Assembly: GCF_000299365.1 (NCBI RefSeq)
Contig: NC_018655.1
Coordinates: 1,200,001 to 1,232,000 of the forward strand
Reading direction: 5' to 3'
Source: Candidatus Nitrosopumilus koreensis AR1
GTDB taxonomy: Archaea > Thermoproteota > Nitrososphaeria > Nitrososphaerales > Nitrosopumilaceae
DNA length: 32,000 nt
Made by a program: the position numbers and the translations under genes. This document shows, piece by piece, positions 9,433 to 17,188 of this stretch; positions within the stretch are counted from its first letter, which is position 1, and every line of letters begins with the position of its first letter. A model generated the notes under the pieces. The model worked only from the letters and a program-made list of their open reading frames with translations, searched no databases and was not told the origin of the DNA.

Positions 9433-10289
9433 TGTCAAAAGTATGTATTGTGTTTGACCGCCTAAGAGCGGAAGAAAAGATGCTGCAAAAAGAAGCAGTT
9501 GAACTAGGACACGATACAGTAATGCTAGATGCAAAGATTACTCAAGTCAATACAGATAGTAAAAAAGAAGATTTTGACTTGGGAGATATTGTTCTAGAAA
9601 GATGCGTGAGTTATTTTAGAGGATTGCATTTTACTGCTAGTCTAGAATTTATGGACGTTCCTGTTCTAAACAAATTTGATGTTGCAAGTATTTGTGGAAA
9701 TAAAATGTTCATGACATTACTTTTAAAAAAATATGGAGTGCCAACACCAAAAACATATTTTTCATTTACTAGTGAAAGTGCAGCTGAAAATTTAGAGAAA
9801 GTTGGATATCCCCTAGTAATCAAACCAGTTATTGGAAGTTGGGGAAGAGGAGTCATACCAATTAAAGATAAAGATACAATGGATGCAATTTCTGAGATAA
9901 GGGATATTACAGACAGTCCACACGACAGAATTTACTATTTACAGGAATTAGTAAAAAGACCACCCAGAGATATCCGAGTAATAACCATAGGAGATGAGCC
10001 TGTTGCAGCAATGTACAGAAAATCGTCAGGAGGATTTAAGACAAATATTGCACTTGGGGCCGATCCAGAGCTTTGTGAGATCACAAAAGAGATTGGAGAT
10101 ATGGCAGCAAAAGCATCAAAGGCAATGGGGGGAGGAATCCTAGGAATAGATATGATGGAAGATGAAAAAAATGGCCTAGTTGTTCATGAAGTCAACAACA
10201 CCGTAGAATTCAAGGGATTAGCAAGAGTTGCACAACGAAACATACCAAAAGAAATGGTAGAATTTGCTCTAAACTACGTTAGGAAATAA
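9432..10289 (+). CDS. lysX: LysX/ArgX-family ATP-grasp ligase (carrier protein-amino acid ligase), copy 1
   Basis: RimK/LysX ATP-grasp blocks are present: KPVIGSWGRGV, RPPRDIRVITIG and GIDMMEDEKNGLVVHEVNNTVEF. It is translationally coupled to lysW-1. Glutamate (ArgX) versus alpha-aminoadipate (LysX) specificity cannot be read from the sequence. Confidence 0.85.
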   Translation: MSKVCIVFDRLRAEEKMLQKEAVELGHDTVMLDAKITQVNTDSKKEDFDLGDIVLERCVSYFRGLHFTASLEFMDVPVLNKFDVASICGNKMFMTLLLKKYGVPTPKTYFSFTSESAAENLEKVGYPLVIKPVIGSWGRGVIPIKDKDTMDAISEIRDITDSPHDRIYYLQELVKRPPRDIRVITIGDEPVAAMYRKSSGGFKTNIALGADPELCEITKEIGDMAAKASKAMGGGILGIDMMEDEKNGLVVHEVNNTVEFKGLARVAQRNIPKEMVEFALNYVRK

Positions 10290-10304
10290 ATTATACTCCA
10301 TTAC

Positions 10305-10312
10305 GAGGAGGT
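10305..10312 (+). promoter_or_regulatory. Shine-Dalgarno-like motif GAGGAGGT upstream of lysY
   Basis: GAGGAGGT lies 5 nt upstream of the ATG at 10318. It is complementary to the usual archaeal 16S 3' end (CCUCC). The same octamer recurs before lysW-2. Confidence 0.4.
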
Positions 10313-10317
10313 TTATC

Positions 10318-11364
10318 ATGAAAGTAGGTGTTGTAGGAGCATCAGGATATGTCGGTGGAGAAACACTACGTCTTTTGGTCAATCACCCAGACGTTGAGAT
10401 CTCCATGGTCACATCAAGACAGCATGTTGGAGAGTATCTCCATAGAGTTCAACCAAGTTTGAAGGGTTTTACCGATCTAACTTTTTCGGAATTAGATTAT
10501 GATAAATTAACTGACAAATGTGATTTAGTTTTCACAGCAGTACCACATGGAACTGCTACTGAAATTGTAAAAGCATTGTATGATAGAGGTGTGAAAATTA
10601 TTGATTTGAGTGCAGATTATAGATTACATGATCAAGAGGCATATGACAAATGGTACGGTTGGGAACATCCACATCCAGACTATTTGTCAAAATCTGTTTT
10701 TGGAGTACCTGAATTACACAGAGAAGAAATCAAAAAAGCACAACTTGTTTCATGTCCAGGATGCATGGCAGTAACATCAATGTTAGCGCTTGCTCCATTA
10801 ATTCGAAATGACATTATCGATACAGAACACATCGTGGTAGATTCAAAAATTGGTTCTTCAGGTGCAGGGTCCGGTTCAGGAACAGCACATGCAATGAGAG
10901 CAGGGGTTATCAGACCATACAAGCCTGCAAAACATAGACACACAGGTGAAATTGAACAAGAGTTAAGCGAGATTGCTGGAAAGAAAATTCATGTTTCAAT
11001 GAGTCCACATGCAGTAGATGTTGTTCGTGGAATTCTTTGTACAAATCACACATTCATGAAAAAAGATGTTGAAGAAAAAGAGTTATGGAAATTATATCGT
11101 CAAACTTATGGTGAAGAAAAATTTGTTAGATTAATTCGTGACAAAAAAGGATTATACAAATTCCCAGATCCAAAATTCTTGGTCGGTTCAAACTTTTGTG
11201 ACATAGGATTTGATTTAGATGAAGATAATCACAGATTAATTGCATTATCTGCATCAGATAACTTGATGAAAGGTGCAGCAGGTTCTGCCATCCAAAACAT
11301 GAACGTAATGTGTGGTTTTGATGAAATGGATGGACTAAGATATACACCATTAACTCCTGTTTAG
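10318..11364 (+). CDS. lysY: [LysW]-aminoadipyl/glutamyl-phosphate reductase (ArgC/LysY family)
   Basis: GASGYVGGE NAD(P)-binding N-terminus, an active-site Cys in VSCPGCMAV, and full ArgC length (348 aa). Confidence 0.9.
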   Translation: MKVGVVGASGYVGGETLRLLVNHPDVEISMVTSRQHVGEYLHRVQPSLKGFTDLTFSELDYDKLTDKCDLVFTAVPHGTATEIVKALYDRGVKIIDLSADYRLHDQEAYDKWYGWEHPHPDYLSKSVFGVPELHREEIKKAQLVSCPGCMAVTSMLALAPLIRNDIIDTEHIVVDSKIGSSGAGSGSGTAHAMRAGVIRPYKPAKHRHTGEIEQELSEIAGKKIHVSMSPHAVDVVRGILCTNHTFMKKDVEEKELWKLYRQTYGEEKFVRLIRDKKGLYKFPDPKFLVGSNFCDIGFDLDEDNHRLIALSASDNLMKGAAGSAIQNMNVMCGFDEMDGLRYTPLTPV

Positions 11365-11366
11365 AA

Positions 11367-12170
11367 ATGATCACCATCAAAATTGGCGGAAGTGTTGTAG
11401 ATGATTTGCACCCATCCACGATTGCAGATATAAAAAAGGTTGCAGAGTCTGAAGGAGTGATTTTAGTTCATGGTGGAGGAAAAGAAGTCACCAAGGTTTG
11501 CAAACAACTTGGAAAAGAACCAAAGTTTGTAACATCTCCTAGTGGAATTAAAAGCAGATACACAGACAAAGAAACTGCTGAGATTTTTACAATGGTAATG
11601 TCAGGTAGAATTAACAAAACAATTGTTCAGATGCTTCAAAAAAACGGTATTAATGCAATTGGACTATCAGGTGTTGATGCCAAAGTTATTGAAGCAGACA
11701 GAAAAAAGAAACTTCTCATAGTAAATGAAAAAGGCAGAAAACAGGCAATTGACGGAGGATATACGGGTAAAATTAGAGATGTTAACGCTGTTTTTATCAA
11801 ATCACTCTTAGAACAAGGCCTTACACCTGTAATTTCACCTATTGCAATTAGTGAAGAATCTGAATTTCTGAATGTAGATGGAGACAGAGCAGCAGCATAT
11901 GTTGCGGGTAAAGTTGGAAGTGATAAAGTATTATTCATCACAAACGTGGATGGTCTTTTAATAGATGACAAAGTTGTTCCAAAATTGACATTGGCAGAAG
12001 CAAAAGAGATCAGACCAAAAATCGGACCAGGTATGGAAAAGAAGATTTTGGCATCAACTGAAGCATTAGATATGGGAGTTAAAACAGCACTAATTGCAAA
12101 TGGTCAAAAAGAAAATCCAATTTCATCTGCCATTGCTCATGATAATTGTACGGTGATTGAACATGAGTGA
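11367..12170 (+). CDS. lysZ: [LysW]-aminoadipate/glutamate kinase (ArgB/LysZ family)
   Basis: Amino-acid-kinase fold motifs IKIGGS and LVHGGGKEV are present. 267 aa, in an operon position between lysY and lysJ. Confidence 0.88.
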   Translation: MITIKIGGSVVDDLHPSTIADIKKVAESEGVILVHGGGKEVTKVCKQLGKEPKFVTSPSGIKSRYTDKETAEIFTMVMSGRINKTIVQMLQKNGINAIGLSGVDAKVIEADRKKKLLIVNEKGRKQAIDGGYTGKIRDVNAVFIKSLLEQGLTPVISPIAISEESEFLNVDGDRAAAYVAGKVGSDKVLFITNVDGLLIDDKVVPKLTLAEAKEIRPKIGPGMEKKILASTEALDMGVKTALIANGQKENPISSAIAHDNCTVIEHE

Positions 12171-13344
12171 AGATCAGTATATGGGCAGTCTCTATCAGAG
12201 ATTTCCAGTAACAGTTGAAAGAGGCAAAGGAGCCCATGTTTGGGATGTTGACGGTAAAGAATACATTGATTGTATGGGAGGATACGGAGTAGCACTAGTG
12301 GGACATCAAAACCAGAGAGTTAATGATGCAATAAAAGAACAAATTGATAAAATAATAACAGTACACAGTTCACTTTACAATAAAACAAGAGAAGAATTTT
12401 TGAAAACATTAATCGGGTTAGCTCCCAAAGGATTAACACAAGTTCACCTCAACAACAGCGGTGCAGAAGCAATTGAAGCTGCAATCAAATTTGCAAGAAA
12501 ATTTACTGGCAAAAAAGGAATGGTTGCAATGAAAGGCTCATACCATGGAAAATCATTTGGCGCATTGTCTTTAACTTTTAATCCAAAATACAAAAAAGCA
12601 TTTGCCCCACTTGTGGAAAAAGTTTCATTTGCATCATATGGAGATATTGAATCATTACGAGAAACAATAGACGACGACACTGCTTTCGTAATTTTAGAAC
12701 CAATTCAAGGAGAAAGCGGAATCATTGTTGCGCCAGATGGATTTTTGCAAGATGTAAGAAAGCTTTGTGATGAAAAAGGAATTCTGTTAATCTTTGACGA
12801 AATACAAGCAGGTTTAGGAAGAACAGGACGATTATGGGCGTGTGATCATTGGAACACAACACCAGACATTTTGTGTTTGGCAAAAGGAATTGCAGGAGGA
12901 GTTCCAATGGGTGCAACTCTTGTAAGACCAGACATCTTAGCTGCTATGAGTAAAGGTGAACACTCATCAACTTTTGGAGGAAATCCAATATCATGTGCAG
13001 CAGGTATTGCAGCTCTTAAATCAATTACAGAAGATGGATTAATTGAAAATTCTGAAAAGATGGGGAAAATTTTCAGAGAAGGTTTAGAGAAATTAAAAGA
13101 AAAACACACAATGATTAGAGAAATTCGTGGAAAAGGACTCATGATAGGAGTAGAGATGAAGTTTGAAGTCAGAGACATTTTGATGGGATTAATCAGAGAA
13201 GGTGTTCTTATGTTATATTCTGGAAGAAATATTCTAAGAATTTTACCTCCATTAGTAATTACTGAAGAAGACATAACAAAAGTTTTACATGCTCTAGATA
13301 CAATACTTACAGAAGAGGAACAAAAACGAAATGTACAAGGATAA
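12163..13344 (+). CDS. lysJ: [LysW]-aminoadipate semialdehyde / acetylornithine-type aminotransferase (ArgD/LysJ family)
   Basis: Class-III PLP aminotransferase with DEIQAGLGRTGRLWA and the PLP-Lys context LCLAKGIAGG. The ATG at 12163 (8-nt overlap with lysZ) is preferred over the TTG at 12157. Confidence 0.9.
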   Translation: MSEDQYMGSLYQRFPVTVERGKGAHVWDVDGKEYIDCMGGYGVALVGHQNQRVNDAIKEQIDKIITVHSSLYNKTREEFLKTLIGLAPKGLTQVHLNNSGAEAIEAAIKFARKFTGKKGMVAMKGSYHGKSFGALSLTFNPKYKKAFAPLVEKVSFASYGDIESLRETIDDDTAFVILEPIQGESGIIVAPDGFLQDVRKLCDEKGILLIFDEIQAGLGRTGRLWACDHWNTTPDILCLAKGIAGGVPMGATLVRPDILAAMSKGEHSSTFGGNPISCAAGIAALKSITEDGLIENSEKMGKIFREGLEKLKEKHTMIREIRGKGLMIGVEMKFEVRDILMGLIREGVLMLYSGRNILRILPPLVITEEDITKVLHALDTILTEEEQKRNVQG

Positions 13345-13749
13345 CGTAGATGAAAAAATTATCGGATATCTAAAAGAAGATTCAAGAGAATCATTTGTGG
13401 ACATAGGAAAAAATTAAAACTCTCAGAATCAGCAGTGCGAAGACGTGTAAAAAATCTTATAGGAAATGGAACCATCAAAAAATTCACCCTAGAATTAGGT
13501 GAAGAAAATGCCACCAGTGCAATTGTATTAGTTTCAGTAGATTCTGCAACAGACACATCAAAAGTTTCATTAAAACTTGCAAAACTTGATGGTGTGAAAA
13601 CAGTTTATGAAATTACGGGACAATACGATATTACAACAATTATGAGCGCATCAAGTATTGCAGAAATTAACAACAGTATTGATGCACTAAGAAAGATTCC
13701 AGGCGTAGTAGACACTAATACAGTGATTATTTTAAGAAAAGTTATCTAA
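13331..13749 (+). pseudogene. Lrp/AsnC-family transcription regulator (LysM-like position), reading frame broken in an A6 run
   Basis: The ATG at 13331 gives MYKDNVDEKIIGYLKEDSRESFVDIGKN*, with TAA at 13415. The next frame continues KLKLSESAVRRRVKNLIGNGTIKKFTLELGEE... to 13749. Together they form a complete HTH plus RAM (ligand-binding) domain protein of about 139 aa. One extra A in the A6 run at 13408-13413 restores it. Confidence 0.8.
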
Positions 13750-13847
13750 AACGACTTTCGGTTTAAAATTTTAATTCAAAACTAGATTAGGATCGTTTTT
13801 AGTCATTTTCAACGAAACTAGTACGAATATGTTTATATCATCAATTA

Positions 13848-15029
13848 ATGTCAACGGATTCTGTAATGAAAGATCCGAATCACTATGCAAACATGTACAA
13901 TGCATATGAAAAGAATCCAAAGAAAATCAGAGTCCTAGACAGTACTCTTAGAGAGGGTGAACAACATCCAGGTGTTTCATTTACAAACAAACAAAGAATC
14001 CAAATTGCATGGATGTTAGATTATTTTGGAGTAGACCAAATTGAAATTTCACCAGTAGTGTCAAATGATCATAAAGAAGCAACTAAAACAATAATCAAGC
14101 AAGGACTAAAAGCAGATATTGTTTCTCATGGACGTGCTCTCAAAGAAGACATTGACGTTTCATTAGACTGTGATGCAAAATGGTGTGCAGCATACTTAGG
14201 AATTTCAGATATTCATCTAAAAGACAAGCTTCGTATTTCAAGAGAAGAGGCACTTGAAAGAGCTGTTGAGACAGTAGAGTATGCAAAATCACATGGATTG
14301 AAGATTAGATTTACAGTTGAAGATGGAAGTAGGGCAGAGCCAGAGTTTTTGCTCAAAGTTTGCAAAGCAATAGAAGAGGTCGGAGTAGACAGAATTAGCC
14401 TACCTGATACTGTTGGAATATTACGTCCAATTGGAATGTATAATTTTGTAAAAAAAGTAAGAGACTCAATAGATGTCCCACTAGATGCACATGTTCACAA
14501 TGATATTGGGTTTGCAGTAGCTAATGCCTTTTCAGCATGCGATGCAGGAGTTGATCAAATTCATACTACAATTGACGGGATTGGAGAGAGAACAGGAATA
14601 CCTCCACTTGCAGAAGTTGCAGTTGCTTTAACATATCTGTACAAATCACCAAATGATTTCAGATTAGATATGTTACTAGATTTATCCAGATTAATTGAAG
14701 ATTATACAACAATCAAGCCTTATGACTCAAAGCCAATAGTTGGATCATCAGCATACAAACACAAAGCAGGAACACATCTTGCAGCCATACTAAGAAACCC
14801 AGCAGCATATGAGCCCATACCTCCTAGAGCAGTTGGGAACAGAAGGAGAATTGTATTTGGGGAATTAGCAGGAAAAACAGGGGCTGCATACTTGATGTCA
14901 TTATTAGGATTAGAGAAAGATGATAAGAGTGCAAAAGCTGTAGCAGCTGGATTAAAGGGTCTCAGAATGGGAGATCTGATTGAAATTCCGCTTGAAGACA
15001 GACTTGAAAAGATAATTAACGATAAATAG
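13848..15029 (+). CDS. Homocitrate synthase (short LeuA/NifV-family enzyme without the LeuA regulatory domain)
   Basis: DSTLREGEQ and HVHNDIGFAVANA motifs of the DRE-TIM metallolyase family are present. At 393 aa it lacks the C-terminal LeuA dimerisation domain. It is embedded in the LysW cluster, so the homocitrate (AAA pathway) assignment is contextual. Internal ATGs at 13866/13893 are possible alternative starts. Confidence 0.78.
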   Translation: MSTDSVMKDPNHYANMYNAYEKNPKKIRVLDSTLREGEQHPGVSFTNKQRIQIAWMLDYFGVDQIEISPVVSNDHKEATKTIIKQGLKADIVSHGRALKEDIDVSLDCDAKWCAAYLGISDIHLKDKLRISREEALERAVETVEYAKSHGLKIRFTVEDGSRAEPEFLLKVCKAIEEVGVDRISLPDTVGILRPIGMYNFVKKVRDSIDVPLDAHVHNDIGFAVANAFSACDAGVDQIHTTIDGIGERTGIPPLAEVAVALTYLYKSPNDFRLDMLLDLSRLIEDYTTIKPYDSKPIVGSSAYKHKAGTHLAAILRNPAAYEPIPPRAVGNRRRIVFGELAGKTGAAYLMSLLGLEKDDKSAKAVAAGLKGLRMGDLIEIPLEDRLEKIINDK

Positions 15030-15030
15030 A

Positions 15031-15040
15031 GAGGAGGTGG
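15031..15040 (+). promoter_or_regulatory. Shine-Dalgarno-like motif GAGGAGGTGG upstream of lysW-2
   Basis: GAGGAGGTGG ends 10 nt before the ATG at 15051. It shares the octamer found at 10305-10312. Confidence 0.4.
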
Positions 15041-15050
15041 AGAAGAGAAT

Positions 15051-15218
15051 ATGTCAAAATGTGAAGAATGTGATGCAGATATTTCCATACCAAGTGACGC
15101 ACTTGAAGGAGAAATTGTAACGTGTCCGGAATGTGGCGCAAGTTTTGAATTAGTAAAAGGTTCAGATGGTTTCGATCTAAAGCCTGCCCAAACGGTTGGC
15201 GAGGATTGGGGGCAGTGA
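15051..15218 (+). CDS. lysW: Amino-group carrier protein LysW, copy 2 (55 aa, not in the ORF track; C-terminus EDWGQ)
   Basis: Translation: MSKCEECDADISIPSDALEGEIVTCPECGASFELVKGSDGFDLKPAQTVGEDWGQ*. It has the same zinc-ribbon CxxC...CxxC spacing and length as copy 1. The last codon is CAG (Gln, 15213-15215) rather than GAG. The stop overlaps the GTG start of the next ligase (GTGA). Confidence 0.85.
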   Translation: MSKCEECDADISIPSDALEGEIVTCPECGASFELVKGSDGFDLKPAQTVGEDWGQ

Positions 15219-16057
15219 GTCCTGACGTTACGATTCTTTACGATACCATCCGTTGGGAAGAAAAAGGCCTACTAGAAGCAGGCAAGAAAAAAGACATCAA
15301 CATACAGATGGTAGATTGTAAGAAGTTAGCAGTAGATTTAGAAAAAAAGCCTGAAGATTATGGTGTAGTTATACAAAGATGTGTAAGTTATTACAGGAAT
15401 TTGCATTCAACTGCAGCACTTGAGGGATTAGGAGTCAAAGTTATCAATTGTCTTAACACAGGAATATTTGCAGGAAACAAGTTATTCACACATATGTTAC
15501 TAAAGAAAGCTGGAGTACCAACACCAGACGCAACAGTTGCTTTTTCAAAAGATGCAGCTTTGGATGCACTAGACATACAGGGATATCCCAAGGTAATCAA
15601 ACCAACAGTTGGAAGCTGGGGCAGATTAATTTCAAAATTAAATGACAGAGATTCTGCAGAAGGAATTATTGAAAGTAGAGAAAACATGTACCCAATTTAT
15701 CAAGTTCATTATCTAGAAGAATTTGTAAAAAGACCGCCCAGAGACATTAGAGCAATTATGGTAGGAGACAAAATTGTCGCAGCGATTTACCGAAACTCTG
15801 AACATTGGAAAACAAACATGGCATTAGGCGGAGTAGCAGAGCCATGCGAGGTAACACAAGAGATGGAAGAAATGTGTATTAAGGCAAAAAAAGCAGTTCA
15901 AGGAGATATCGTAGGTGTAGATTTGATGGAAAGTGATGAGAAAGGATTGGTTGTTCATGAAGTAAACAATACAACAGAATACAAGAATACTGTAAGAGTG
16001 TGCGAAGTTGACATTCCTTCTCTGATGCTAGACTATGCACTGAAGATAGAAAAGTAA
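15215..16057 (+). CDS. lysX: LysX/ArgX-family ATP-grasp ligase, copy 2
   Basis: Paralog of 9432-10289, roughly half the residues identical by eye. Matching blocks: KPTVGSWGRL, RPPRDIRAIMVG and GVDLMESDEKGLVVHEVNNTTEY. The GTG at 15215 (GTGA coupling to lysW-2) is preferred over the TTG at 15206. Confidence 0.85.
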   Translation: MSPDVTILYDTIRWEEKGLLEAGKKKDINIQMVDCKKLAVDLEKKPEDYGVVIQRCVSYYRNLHSTAALEGLGVKVINCLNTGIFAGNKLFTHMLLKKAGVPTPDATVAFSKDAALDALDIQGYPKVIKPTVGSWGRLISKLNDRDSAEGIIESRENMYPIYQVHYLEEFVKRPPRDIRAIMVGDKIVAAIYRNSEHWKTNMALGGVAEPCEVTQEMEEMCIKAKKAVQGDIVGVDLMESDEKGLVVHEVNNTTEYKNTVRVCEVDIPSLMLDYALKIEK

Positions 16058-16060
16058 GAA

Positions 16061-17188
16061 TTGGACACTCATTTTACAGTCACACCAAGATTCGCAACAA
16101 AGATGCTTGAAAAAGCATTGAGGCTTTACACGCCATCTCTTAGTGAAAAACCAATGGCAGAATTTCTTGCAGACAAATGCGATGATTTAGGGTTTGAGGA
16201 TATTCAAATTGATGAAGTGGGAAATGTAATTGCTCGAAAAGGTTCAGGAGCACCAACGATTATGTTGTGCGGGCACATGGATGTAGTACCAGGTAAAGTC
16301 AAAGTAAGAAAAGAAGGGGATTCACTTTATGGCAGAGGAGCATCAGATGCAAAAGCACCATTAATGGCAATGTTATTTGCAGCAGCTGCAATACAAAACA
16401 ATAATGGAACAATAATTTTTGTTGGTGCAGTTGATGAAGAAGGGAATGCTGCAGGAATTAAAAATTTAGTTAAAAAAGAAATGGGTGTAGATTATGCTGT
16501 TTTTGGAGAACCAAGTGGAATAAAACAAGTTACAATTGCATACAAAGGACGATTAGCAATCAATCTCAAGATAAGTGTGGAGGATAGTTCGCATGCAAGT
16601 GCTCCATGGCTTTCAAAAAATGCAATTTTAGAGTCAATGATTTTTGCAAGAGAGTTAAAAGAAAAACTAGAAGAAAATCAAGAAAATAAAACAAAAGGGA
16701 TGTTGTTGACGGCAACCATGACTGAAGTAAAAGGAGGAACAAGTCACAATGTTACACCAAAAGAATGTGAGACTACTTTTGATATTAGAATTCCAGTAGA
16801 TATGAATTGTAAATCTATTGAACAAAAAATTGCAACATTAGTAAAGGAAATTGCAGAAAAAAGAGAAGTAGAGGCATTTTATTCAATTCTTGATGAAACA
16901 GAACCATTTGAAGCAGCACATAACTCTCCACTAGTACGTGCATTTACACTTGGCATCATGGATGTAGAGCATTCTAGACCAACTCTGATTAGAAAAACAG
17001 GCACTGGAGACATGAATGTGTTAGGAAACCAATGGAACATTCCAGTTGTAACATATGGTCCCGGTGATCCTCATGAAGCCCATACAATTGATGAAAAGGT
17101 TTCAATTGATGAATACCTTAGAGGAATAGAGATTCTCAAAAAGATGCTACAGCATTTAAAAAGACTTCATGATAGAAAGATGCAGTAA
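16061..17188 (+). CDS. lysK: [LysW]-lysine/ornithine hydrolase (ArgE/LysK, M20 metallopeptidase family)
   Basis: M20 motifs LCGHMDVVPG, GRGASDAKAP and VDEEG are present; 375 aa. The start is TTG at 16061 or ATG at 16103. The stop overlaps the diphthine synthase ATG (TAATG). Confidence 0.85.
   Translation: MDTHFTVTPRFATKMLEKALRLYTPSLSEKPMAEFLADKCDDLGFEDIQIDEVGNVIARKGSGAPTIMLCGHMDVVPGKVKVRKEGDSLYGRGASDAKAPLMAMLFAAAAIQNNNGTIIFVGAVDEEGNAAGIKNLVKKEMGVDYAVFGEPSGIKQVTIAYKGRLAINLKISVEDSSHASAPWLSKNAILESMIFARELKEKLEENQENKTKGMLLTATMTEVKGGTSHNVTPKECETTFDIRIPVDMNCKSIEQKIATLVKEIAEKREVEAFYSILDETEPFEAAHNSPLVRAFTLGIMDVEHSRPTLIRKTGTGDMNVLGNQWNIPVVTYGPGDPHEAHTIDEKVSIDEYLRGIEILKKMLQHLKRLHDRKMQ

Noticed and set aside
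12846-13274. 142-aa minus-strand ORF antisense to lysJ, with similar antisense ORFs at 14720-15088, 15391-15687, 20023-20622, 25035-25415 and 27895-28281
   Set aside because: Each is fully nested in a confidently identified gene on the other strand and has no family resemblance. They are treated as shadow ORFs.
13763-13774. 12-bp perfect palindrome TTAAAATTTTAA between the Lrp-type regulator and homocitrate synthase, considered as an Lrp/LysM operator
   Set aside because: It is composed only of A/T in an AT-rich intergenic region, so chance occurrence is high. There is no second copy or flanking specificity determinants that I can see. Not supportable without comparative data.
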